Assembly: GCF_018350175.1 (NCBI RefSeq)
Contig: NC_058368.1
Coordinates: forward strand, 57,848,001 to 57,912,000
Direction of reading: 5' to 3'
DNA length: 64,000 nucleotides
Source: Felis catus
Lineage: Eukaryota
Shown one piece after another: positions 52,671 through 64,000 of this stretch. Each line of letters starts with the position of its first letter. Position 1 is the first letter of the stretch. The notes beneath the pieces were generated by a model that ran no database searches, had not been told where the DNA came from, and saw only the letters and a program-made list of their open reading frames with translations. Both the position numbers and the translations under genes were made by a program.

Positions 52671-54110
52671 CAAATGGCTTGCTATGTTATAATTTAAATA
52701 AGTCCATCTCCTGTCACCTATATTAAGAGTTCTGTCTCTTGGTTATATTAGCCAAGGTCTTTGCTAATCTTTCTGATTGCTGCAATTATCTCTAATCACT
52801 TCAAGTCAATCATATAGAAGTTCAGGCTTCAATCTGGATTTATTCAGTGTTAACACATTAGCAAGAATGACTTCTATAGACTTAGCACTATACCAAGTAC
52901 TATAATATAAGCATGATCAACATAATGGTCCCTGGCCAGCAGGTGCTGGAAACAACAGAGATATTATCCAATAAATAATACCAGTGTGATAAGTACAACA
53001 AAACCATTTATAAGTTTAAAATCTAGTGGCCTTCATGCACTCTTTTCCATTCCCTACACATGCAAATGTAAGGTCTACCCTAGATCTCAATAAACAGAAT
53101 AACCATTAGGTGATGGATGTTGATTGGTTCTCAGAATTGTCAATATTTCAAAATTACAAATTTCACAAAAATATCTGGATATTTGAATTCTTTTGAAAAT
53201 AAAACAGAAAAGCAAAAACTGTGAATCTGTAATACAGATGCAGCTATGCTATTGGCAACAGTTAACCAGAGATGAGCCTTAGCTCTCTGCTTTAGATAAT
53301 GTATGAGTCTCCTATTTGCCATGATCATCCTATATCCAGCTTCACTCACGTGTGTTACCTGCCCAACTCCTAACGGCATTTGAATTTCTACCTAATCTAC
53401 ATCTTCGGGGATGACAACAATTTTATATCAATCAACAGTTTTGATTCATATATTTCTTTATAATTGCACATAAACTTTACATTTTAGACTGCTTGCATAT
53501 TATTTCTGTGTTGTTATTTCATACTACCTGTTTATTATTTATGCCATATGTCACATTTCACATATTATAAATAATTTAATATATGTGAGCAATTCATTGT
53601 AACTCAATATTACCTTCCTAGCAAATGTTTAGTTATAGTAGGTGCAGCAATAGATATACATGTATATACTTTTGAGGACTGTATGGAAAGGTAATTTTAC
53701 AGGTTTGAAAACTGAGAATTAAAGAAATTGGTCCATTTTTCTAAGGTCATGGAAGATGTGATTGAGCAAAGATTTTATCCCAAATCTATTTGAATTCAAA
53801 ACTTAAATCTTGCCAATTTGCCTTAATTATTGTATATGATTTAACTTTTTTTTAAATATTATAAACAACTTGCAAATAAAAACTACCCATATTTAGGTGA
53901 CTCGTGATGGTTAAATCAATTCTTGATTTAAAATCAAGATTAAAATCAATTTCTTGATATAATAAAAGGAGCTGAAATCTCAATACAAAACTTAGCTTTT
54001 TAGAAATGTTTCAATTTGCAATCATTTTAAACCTATGTGAGCTTCAAAGGAGAATACACTTAGCATTTCATAATTCCCCCTATAAGACATAATAATGTTA
54101 CTTACTACTT

Positions 54111-54819
54111 TTATTCACTCAACAAATATTGAATACCCACAGTTTATTAAGCACTATACTAGATACTAAGAAAAGAGAACGTTGAACAAAGTCCTTAAGG
54201 AAATTAAGTTCCAGTTGAGGTATAGAAAATGATGAAAAATAGAACGTAAATTCAGAGCAAAATGCTAGGTAGTCATAATAGCCATGAACCAAATAAAACA
54301 TGGTGACAATGGTATAATTTGTCTTAGAAAGTGGTTTGGGCAGGATTCTCAGATAAGATGACATTTGAAAAGAGACCTAAAAGAAACAAAATCACAAATG
54401 ACATGGAATCCTAAAACAAGATATTTTAAGTGGTAGGAATAGGCTTCTTTGAAATGTGAACATGCTTAGACTGCTGTAGTCAGGAGTTCAAAAAAAGAGA
54501 GAGGAAAGAAAAGAAAGAAAAGGAAAGAAAAAAAGGAAGGGAAGGGATGGGAAGTGAAGGAAAGGAAAAGAAAGGAAAGGAAAGGAAAGAAAAGAAAAGA
54601 AAGGAAAAGAAAGGAAAAGAAAAGAAGAAAGAAGAGAAAAAAGAAGAGAAAAAAGAAAAGAAAAAAGAAAGAAAAGAAAAGAAACAAAAAGAAAAAAGAA
54701 AAGTCAGGAGTTCAGTGTAGCTGGAGGAGCAGAATATTAAGAGATCAGAATAGCCAAGTTACCTGTGGGTACATGTATGTTACTGGTGCAGGATGGAAGC
54801 TTCATTTCCACACCCAATG

Positions 54820-54850
<31 letters not shown>

Positions 54851-54990
54851 GGGTTTTTTTTGTCTTTTGTTTTTTGGGTGTTTGTTTGTTTGTTTTTTCA
54901 GGGAGATACTGGTTTTCTACTGCCCTCTCTGCTCTGTGTCTCATGTGCCATAGAGAAGTAGGAAAGGTATTTGTGATTTCTTTAGAGATT
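54111..54990 (-). mobile_element. L2 relic interrupted by a purine tract and (GTTTT)n
   Basis: TTATTCACTCAACAAATATTG 3' end; TAAGATGACATTTGAAAAGAGACCT; CAGTGTAGCTGGAG. Confidence 0.7.
54491..54701. repeat. Compound (GAAA)/(GGAAA)/(GAAAA)n purine tract
   Basis: Directly visible; explains the K/R- and F-rich ORFs. Confidence 0.95.
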
Positions 54991-55445
54991 CTGTGAATGC
55001 GCTAGTTATGTTCCTCTCTATCCTTTTTCTTGGAAAATAATCTATCTGCAATCAGCCTTCTTTTCCATTTCTCTACTCCAGGAATAATAAAGGAAAGTTC
55101 CAGTAAAGTGGATGTGGATAGGAGCAGGATGCTAAAGCTTGGGAGAAGAAGCTCAAATATCAGTACTAAGATCCCTCTTACTTTTTTATTATATGTGTGA
55201 TGGGAAATCAATGCAGGTTTCATTTTTAAATGATCACCTTAATCAAAATCATTGGAATTCTAAAGAATTCCAAGAAAGGAACTCAGGAGTGTGTTAAGGG
55301 TAAAGAGCCCTACTGTGAAAAGGTAATAGTCTGTGTTATATACTGATAAAGGATTAAAAAGATACTTTCTTGAAATTAGACAATCACTATCTCTCTATCA
55401 ATGCAGTGTTTGGTGCTAGCTCTGCCTACTTCTTAGTTGGAATGA

Positions 55446-55641
55446 TTTTCTTTTCTTTTTTTTTTTAATTTAGGAGAGAGAGCATGCATGTGAGTGGGGG
55501 AGAGTGGTGGGGGAATGAGAGAGAGAGACTCTTAAACAGGCTTGTAGGGACCAGTGTGGGGCTCGATCCCACAACCCTGGGATCACGACCGGAGCCCAAA
55601 TTAAGAGTCCAGTGCTCTACCAACTGAGCCACCCAAGGGCC
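55446..55641 (-). mobile_element. Can-SINE
   Basis: GTGGGGCTCGATCCCAC...CTGAGCCACCCA. Confidence 0.92.
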
Positions 55642-56584
55642 TAGTGAGCATAGATGCAAACTAACTGTATAGGAGTTTATTAATTTATGAACTTGACTCA
55701 ATTTAGCTTTGCCAGGTATCCATCTCAGCCAACATTCTAAGCAAGAGAAAATTAGGGTCCTGTCCATTATGTTTTCAACAATAAACTGCAAACCCAGTAC
55801 TCTGTCTGGAATATTTAACACATTGTTGCTAAATGAATCAATATTATTGTGTGTTTGTGTGAGAAGGAAATCTGGTTTAGCATCTGTTTCATTGTCTGAG
55901 TATAATGCATGTATAATGATCTGCATATGGAAATGAGTGGCTATTGCACTTCGTTTCCTGAATTTTATCTTTAAATGGTAAATTTTATATGTAATATTAA
56001 TATTTTATATATTTTAGAGGGATCTGTGGGTATATTAAGTTTTGACAAACAGCAATCTCCATACACATTTAGAACATAAATTTTGGAAGAATGGCTCCCT
56101 TAGTGCTGCTTGAAAACATCTTACTTATTTGGCAATAGAAGCTGTTTCCCAAAGCACCTTTAACCCAGATTCCTTGCCTGTAAACACAAAAACATAAATG
56201 TATAAACACTAATTCACAAAAAAGTCAATTGAAATGCTTTAGAAGAACAAGAAAAAGAAATGTTTTAGCAATAAAAATATATGTACATCAGGTTTGAAAG
56301 CAATAGACCATGTTGCTGGTTGTAGCATATTTCAGTGAGCCTTTCTGTAGTAGTGAATTCACAACGCTAATGCTGTCCAACACTTTCTATAAACTTTCTG
56401 TTTATAGAAGTAAACTGATTTCTATAAGTTACCTTTACGTTTTCAATGCATAAAATCTTTATAAAACCTACTTTTCAAGACCTAGAAGAAATGTAAATTC
56501 TGCAGCTTTTCTTGCTCTTCAATTTGGTAAAATTTTGTTATACTGCCTATGTCTATATATTTGTTCCTGTTTTATTGCATATGT

Positions 56585-56617
56585 TATTTTATTTTAAAAT
56601 ATTTATTTATTTACTTT

Positions 56618-56671
<54 letters not shown>

Positions 56672-56775
56672 CCCAATCAGGTTCCGCACTCTTAGTGCAG
56701 AGCCCAAGGTGGGTCTCAATCTCACGAACAATGAGATCATGATCTGAGCTGAAATCAAGACTTGGACGCTTAACC
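56585..56775 (-). mobile_element. Can-SINE lacking its 5' head
   Basis: (GA)n...GAGATCATGATCTGAGCTGAAATCAAG...GACGCTTAACC, after which similarity ends. Confidence 0.9.
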
Positions 56776-57004
56776 ATCAGTTTGCACAGGTTATCGTCAG
56801 AGTCTTACTCACTATACTATTCTTTTTCTTATCGCCCATATCCCCAGAATTGTTATAGAAGCCAAAATAAGTTGGTTGGATCTCACAACTAATCAGAATA
56901 GCAATCAGATGTGTAATGTTAAAAAAATAAACATAATTAAATTCTCTATGTTTTGGCCATGTTGAGCATTTACATAATTATTTTGTATAAAAAGATTCAT
57001 TATA

Positions 57005-57220
57005 GGGGTTCCTGGTTGGCTCAGTCAGTTAGCCATGTGACTCTTGGTTTTGGGTCAGGTCACGATCTCATGGTTTTATGAGTTCCAGCCCCATATTTGG
57101 CTTTGTGCTGGCAGTGTGGAGCCTGATTGGGATTCTCTATCTCCCTCTCTCTGCCCCTACCCTGATCCCACAGTCTCTCTCTCAAAATAAATAAATAAAC
57201 TTAAAATTTTAGGAAAAAAA
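57005..57220 (+). mobile_element. Can-SINE
   Basis: TSD AAAAGAT(T/G)CATTATA. Confidence 0.95.
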
Positions 57221-59003
57221 AAAAGATGCATTATAAATCATTTAGGATTTTAATCTCATCACAATGTTTATACTAGCCTGGCAAAAGAAAGCTTTAAATG
57301 CATTTCACTGTAATCAGTTTGATCCAGGTTCCAACACTATTATCATACAAGTTCTATCTTTTTTGTCATCCTTTTTTTACCGCCTTTTTTTCATATTTTT
57401 TGTTTGTTTGTTTTATTCTTCTACATCTTATCACTGAGGAATCTCAGAGCAGGTCAAATTACTAAATCTGACTTTATCATAATAAAAAAGTAAAGTTTAA
57501 ATTTCTATGCTTGCCATTGGCATAAAATTGAATGATAAATATGATCTTGTGACTAATCCTTGTTAATAATGATTTATCAGACTAAAAATTTGAATCCATT
57601 ACATTATTTTCAAATTAGGAGGAGAATTATTAATATACAACTTAATCTTTGGATATAAACCTCAAAATATTCATAGAATTATATTTTAAGACTATAAAAG
57701 ATCTTAAGGATTATTTAGTTCTGCCATTTTGTTGAAAAGGGAATAGATAGTGGAGACATCTTTCAGTTGTCAAATTATAGATTTTTAGATTTTTTATATT
57801 ATATAGGATATTAATATAATTATTTTACTCTATAAGAAAGAAACTGAAGACTGGATACGTTAAGTATCTTGTTATTGGTTACTCTGCAAATAATGTATAT
57901 GCTTGGCTTACAACATTTGGTCTGTTTTGACTTCTATCCAAACATTTATAGTGGGTTTTTTTGAGAACAATTCTTTCATTATATTTTTCAAAAAAACAAA
58001 TACATACTATAAAATATTTCTTAAAAATGGAAAATAAGTATGTAGAATTCTTCAAAATTATACATTCAGATGTCACCATAGTCCATAATTAGTGTTTTTT
58101 GAATGATACTCTGATAAAGACAAACTGAATTTTCCTATCACCCAGGAAAGACAATTTTTTGCATTTCCCTCAGGATGGGTCATCAGATACAAGACACTTT
58201 AGATATTGACTTGAGACTAGAACTCACATCTTACTGTTTAATCCTGAATTCATGTTGACTCGTATGGTCAGTCTCAGGATGATGATCATTGAGATTTGCA
58301 GAATGTGGAGTCTTTTTAAATGGTTGGTACAAAGTAAATAATTAAACCAGGAAAAGTTGCATTAATACAACTAAGTGAAATTTAAAACACTTCATTTTAA
58401 CAAGGATTATTTAAGTAGTTCTACAGTAGATATTTTTTTCCAAATTTTTGTATTTATTTAAATGACCTTGCATAACCATTACAAGTAATCTGTGTGCTTT
58501 GGTGAGGTTTTTTTTTTTTTTTTTAAATAATGTGTCTCAAGTTTTGGAATATTAAACTTTAAACCTTGCAAGCTAGAACAGATATAAAGGCAAATGTGTA
58601 AAGTGCTATTCATATTTATAATAATACAAACATATGATAGATGTTGCACCCCACAAACATGGTCTCATAAATTATTTCAAGGTGATGACATAGGCATAAT
58701 AAATCATGTCATAAAACACCATTTTTCAGACTGCATTTGAAATGTTGTTAGTGTGGAGAAAAATTCATGATATCTCTTATCTCATGAGTGATAATTCATG
58801 AATAAGGGAATGATTTAGAATGCTTAATCTTAAGTATTTCTAAAACTAACACATTAATTTACTAATATAAAGTTGAATCTTGTACTATCAATGAAAAACC
58901 TCAGAAAGTCTCTTAAATGTTTACTCATTGTGAAATTAATTGATCTCTAATTTGCCTGCTGAAAGTATAATAATTCAGCAAACTCCTAACAAGTAAATCT
59001 ATT

Positions 59004-59041
59004 GTATTTTTTTAAATTTTTTTAAATGTTCACTTATTTTT

Positions 59042-59090
<49 letters not shown>

Positions 59091-59259
59091 CATGAGCAGG
59101 GAAGGGGCAGAGAGACAGAGGGAGACACAGAATCTGAAACAGGCTCCAGGCTCTGAGCTGTCAGCACACAGCCCGATGCGGGGCTCGAACTCACAGATGG
59201 CGAGATCATGACCTGAGCTGAAGTCAGACACTCAATCGACTGAGCCACCCAGGCGCCCC
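59004..59259 (-). mobile_element. Can-SINE, feliform type
   Basis: Perfect TSD AAGTAAATCTATT. Confidence 0.97.
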
Positions 59260-60132
59260 AAGTAAATCTATTTTAAAGGGGATACATTCATGCAACAACA
59301 TTTTTGGAACATCCACATGAAACAGATATTAATGCTGTAGCCACACATGTTCAAGAAAACAATAGACTTTGCCTTTCCTGTCCTCATTGGGCAAACTGTA
59401 GAAAAGGCTGTCTCATTGGTATCTTAATAGCCACCAACTTCCCAAGAAATGCGTTTCTTACTTAAATCCTCTACCTTTCTATAGTGTGATTATCTACACA
59501 GATGAACTTGATATATTTTTACTATTAAAATTATTATTATCTTTATGATGTTTGTTATTGTTCTTTGTATATCTCTAGGGAGAATTCTAAACTTCTAGTA
59601 GGCAGGAGTCGATAAATTCCAAATTTTTTTACATGAGGAGACTTATAATAAAGGACTGTTTTCTGGAATTTGGAATAACAAAATGGATTACTGTTGCCAC
59701 CTCCAGAAATAAAGAAGTCAAACAACTACTAGAGTTGCTGGAATACAGGAAGAAAAAGAAAGGAATACTAGAAGATGCACTTTAAGCCAAGGTGACATAC
59801 TGTCACTTTTATATGGGTCCAGAAAAACCTGTTCTATTGGATAAAAGGAAGCACTTTATGGTGTCGGATATCATATAAATCCAAGTACAGAGATGAACAC
59901 TTGTAAATGGTAAAAAATAAAAGAAAAATATGGACTATGTTTCTTTTGGTTGAAGAAATATTGATATAATAAACTATATCACTAAAGTCTATAATTCAAA
60001 ACATATGCCATTAATACAGCTGAATGATTCTAAGATGGCTAATTTAAATTTGATGGGAAAGTATTTTAGGGTAAAAAAAAAGTGCAACAATAATAATCAT
60101 ACTTTGGGTCTTTTTAAATATAAGCACAATCT

Positions 60133-60345
60133 GGGGCGCCTGAGTGGCTCAGTTGGTTGAGTGGCCAACTCTTGATTTCTGCTCAAGTCGTGATCCCAGG
60201 GTTGTGGGATTGAGCCCTGCATAGGGCTCTGCACTGACTGTGGAGCCTGCTTAAGATTCTTTCCTTACTCCCCCCACCCCGTCCCACTTCCCCACTTGCA
60301 CTCTCTCTCTCTCAAAAAAAAAAAAAATAATAAAATAAAGATAGA

Positions 60346-60376
<31 letters not shown>

Positions 60377-60377
60377 A
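60133..60377 (+). mobile_element. Can-SINE with (TAAA)n tail
   Basis: GGGGCGCCTGAGTGGCTCAG head. Confidence 0.95.
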
Positions 60378-61237
60378 TGTATAGCCTTTAACCCATAAAT
60401 TCATGTGTTACTTGTAGGAACCATAGATAATGTCAGCCATCATGACTCAAAGGTTCCTTCATTCATTCTGTACCATTTTGTTACTAAGTTACTAAGGGTA
60501 AGACATGTGTGAAAAAGGAAAGGAATATTTATTAGCACAAACTGTTTGAAATTCATGCAATGAAGAGAATATTTAGGAACACTGTCTTTGAATATTCTGA
60601 AAAAATGCTGTTTACCATATCGGATGGCACAGATCAAAAAACGTTTGTTTATTAAAAGAAAGTTCAAATTAAAAACTTACCCAGAAAGAAGTTTGCCTTC
60701 TTTTCCCTTCTCATTGTCTTTATTTTCATTTTCAGTCCTATTCCAGAGACTACTGAAGAAACTCAGAGAAAAGGCTCAAGTAGCACTGTTTCTCAGATAC
60801 ACTCACAACAATACTTATAAAATCATCTTATTAGATTATAAAATAATGTTTACAGTATTTTTGCAATTTTTGTGTAGTATTTATAGCAATTTTTGTAGTA
60901 TTTGGGGAAATATTCTATGACTTGGAATACACAGCATAGAACCATAAAATTTTAAATGGATATAAGATAATAAACAGAATTAATTACAGAATAAATACTG
61001 CTTCAATCAGATTCACTTAGGAAACATAAAGGGAATGGGTTAACATTTTGTTAATTTAATAGAATGATTAAACTGGTGAATTTTAATCATGTACTTTTTG
61101 TTCTATTTCAGTCTTTAGTAATTAACCATAATAATGGAGGAGAAATTGTGTAATTTAGGTCTTTCTTCCTGCTGAAATGATAGAGGGAAAATTAGGACAC
61201 AAACCTCTATGGCCAAAATCATAATGTCTCTCCTAAA

Positions 61238-61429
61238 TGAGATTGCCAAGTAAAATAAAAGACATCCAGTTAAATTTGAATTTCAGATAAACAACAATTA
61301 ATTTTTTTAGTATAAGTATGTCTCAAATATTGTACAGAATATTTACAATAAAATCTTATTTGATGTTTATCTAAAATTCAAATTACCTGCGTACCCTGAA
61401 ATTTTATTTGCTAAATTCAGGAATCCTTA
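61238..61429. mobile_element. MER53 palindromic hAT MITE
   Basis: CCAGTTAAATTTGAATTTCAGATAAACAAC...TGTTTATCTAAAATTCAAATT; 8-bp TSD CTCCT(A/G)AA at 61230-61237 / 61430-61437. Confidence 0.88.
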
Positions 61430-62914
61430 CTCCTGAAGTCTCTAGAGCGTTATGTTTCAAGTGCATGCTTTTCTATTTACATCAAGCTAAAATAAATATA
61501 CTGGCTCAGAATTTATGACTGTGCCTTTATAATCATTTGTCTTTCACTATTCCTAAATACCAAATTGGAAATAAAAAGGAGAAGGAATCACAGGTTTTAT
61601 TCTTAACATGGGAATGAGGGGTGAAATTATACATGAGGTGTTAAGTATTGAGAACAACAGTAGGAGTATAAAATAATATAGTGAAGATCATCAGCAGATA
61701 TAAAATAGATGAAGGGCAGCTTTGTACATAGACCAGGTGAATCTTTTCCGTCATCTTGATCAACCAAAAAAAATATTTCCTACCACCCAGCCATTTTCTC
61801 TCAAAAGAACCACAGGTGCTTTATTTATAATTGGCCCCACGTCCTACCACATGAAAGCGAAAACACACATGCCATCAACGTAGCTATTAAGTAAAGGATT
61901 TCAGGGGAATTCATTTGGGGTTTTTGTTTGTTTGTTTGTTATGAATGAACAAATAGGTCTTTGTGTACTGAAATGGCACAGTCAGAGATCACTGCTAAAC
62001 CTTTTTTGTTTGCAGTATATCCATTGTGAAGACTGGAAGCTACAATTTGTTTACATGTCTTTTTCATTTTTATTTTTTCCCCTTTTTCAGGTTACTTCAC
62101 CACTAACAAAAACAATAATGCCAGAGGAAAAGATAGCTTGAATGAGACTGCATGATTGCTTTTCCAACTGAAATGAGTAGAAAATGAAAACACTTTAAAT
62201 GAAGTGTCTCAAATAAACATTTAATTTAGGATAAGACAGCAACTGCATATATACCACCATATCAAATATTGAAAGAGCATTTATAGAAGAGTTGAAAGAC
62301 TCATTTGTGGAAAAATAAGTGTAGCTCTAAAAGTGAGCTGCTGAGAGTAAATATGTAAAACCACATTTAAGCGGCATGCAATTAACGTGGATTTATACTA
62401 AAAAAATGAAAAACACGAGGAGATTTTAGGAATTACATATTTGAACAAGAAACTGTTTCGTTTCTCATCAAACACAAGCCTAGCTATGCAATGGATGCTC
62501 TTTAATGAGCTGTAGATTTCAAACAAACTGGAAGGTTATACATTCATACATTAGGAAAAGTAGATGCGGTATTTTCTCAATGCCTTTTATGTCTTTAAAT
62601 ATCCTATTCTTATCCACACTACATGCTTAAATCCCACTCTCTCCAGCCCTTATGATTTTACTCTTCTTTATTCTTCATAATTCCTGCTTTTTATTGTCTC
62701 CCTCTCTGCCCTACCCAATTCTCATGTTTTCTATAATTAATATTAGCTTCTGTTCCTTGTCCTTGTCCATTATTTGGTATCAGTCTCACCTCACTTTATC
62801 CTCATATTTATTTCTAGCACATAATTTACTTTTGCCTTAATATCTGGGTATTTTAAACATTTGTCTATCCACTCAAGGCTATAACCCTAATAAACAGACA
62901 GAAAGTGTTTTATA

Positions 62915-62933
62915 TATTTGTATGTGTGTGTGT

Positions 62934-62985
<52 letters not shown>

Positions 62986-63204
62986 GTTTTATTTTGAAAG
63001 AGAGAGAGAGTGTGTGTTTGCATATGTGCACGTGAGCAGGGAAGGGGCATAGAGAGAGAGAGGGAGAGAGAGAATCCCAAGCAGGATCCATGCTGTCAGT
63101 GTGGAGCCTGACATGGGGCTTGATCTCACCAAACTAACCATGAAATCATAACCTGAGCTGAAATCAAAAGTCAGACCTTAACTGATTGAACCACTCAGGT
63201 GCCT
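62915..63204 (-). mobile_element. Can-SINE whose tail has expanded into (TA)n/(CA)n
   Basis: TSD AGAAA(G/A)TGTT lies outside the microsatellite. Confidence 0.93.
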
Positions 63205-64000
63205 TAGAAAATGTTATATTTTTAATATATACAGAAATAGTATTGTCATAGAGTGCTTTGGTAGAGTGCTTTGTAAATCATAGAGCATTTAAAAAGTTAT
63301 ATAATAGGTGCTTTTATTAGTTGCATTAATTGAAAATGATGTCATATCATACATGGCTATAATAACCTTCTAACACTTACACTAAGTAATAAACTATACC
63401 TAATTATATACAATATATAACTCTAACTATATTTAAAATGATATTAGTCACATATGTATACACCAATCAAATTAAAATATATAATAGTTCCTAATAAACT
63501 AAATAGTAAACACCCTAGTAAATGATAGGTTGTCAAAATGTTAAGCAATTTTTCCTTTTATTAGTGCTATTTCTATCAAACAAGGAGGAGGTGATTACCA
63601 ATATATATGTTTATAGAAAAAACTGGAGCTGTCCTGACTGCTTTTAGAGCCAAAATACATTAGCAAAATAGAAACTCCAAATGATTTGCATTCATTGCCA
63701 AATGTTTTCTTGGCCCATATCAGTTATATTATTTTCTGCTGGTTCAGCATTCCAAAGATCAATTAAAGAAATGGAATTAAAAATGATAAAGTGGCTTTAG
63801 TTTTCTGATCTGATGTTAAAAAGAGACCTTCGGTTATTTCTTGCCTTGTTTACACAGAATCCTCTGTCAAGATATGATTTATTTTATTCTTATATCTTCC
63901 TACATAAATTTTTATATTTTGCATCCATATAAAGCTCCTAAATCATTAAAGTATCTGTAGATCCATGATCTATTTTTCAAATATTTTGCAATGGAATGAA

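Noticed and set aside
54466..54996. K/R-rich and F-rich ORFs
   Set aside because: Translations of purine and (GTTTT)n microsatellites
13751..59248. Recurrent MAQSV...AQVMIS...VLTAQSLEP ORFs that look like a protein family
   Set aside because: They are translations of Can-SINE bodies, mostly from GTG starts
6022..63204. Pol III A/B boxes suggesting tRNA genes
   Set aside because: All lie in tRNA-derived SINE heads
1..64000. L1 strand bias as evidence of a host gene
   Set aside because: L1 pieces are about evenly split between strands, so no transcription direction can be inferred

Overview
This is AT-rich, CpG-poor mammalian DNA. The SINEs place it in a cat-lineage (feliform) carnivore, because several carry the feliform Can-SINE segment GACAGCTCAGAGCCTGGAGCCTG. 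I find no supportable protein-coding, rRNA or tRNA gene and no CRISPR array. The ORF track is mostly explained by SINE, microsatellite and low-complexity translations, plus decayed L1 ORF1/ORF2. The window is intergenic or deep intronic and layered with transposons: 29 Can-SINEs (most with readable target-site duplications, TSDs), about ten L1 pieces, L2/MIR relics, ERV1/MaLR/ERVL LTRs, a solo LTR with a 6-bp TSD, and Tigger (MER44) and hAT (MER53) MITEs. Family names come from my recollection of consensus sequences, not from a search. The most interesting observations are structural: a convergent L1-L1 fusion with no 3' ends, a head-to-head SINE pair sharing one TTTAAA site, an ERV2-like solo LTR, an unidentified 384-bp TA-flanked insertion, a TSD-flanked purine tract, and a few candidate enhancers or non-coding exons. 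I see no evidence for a wholly new biological system.
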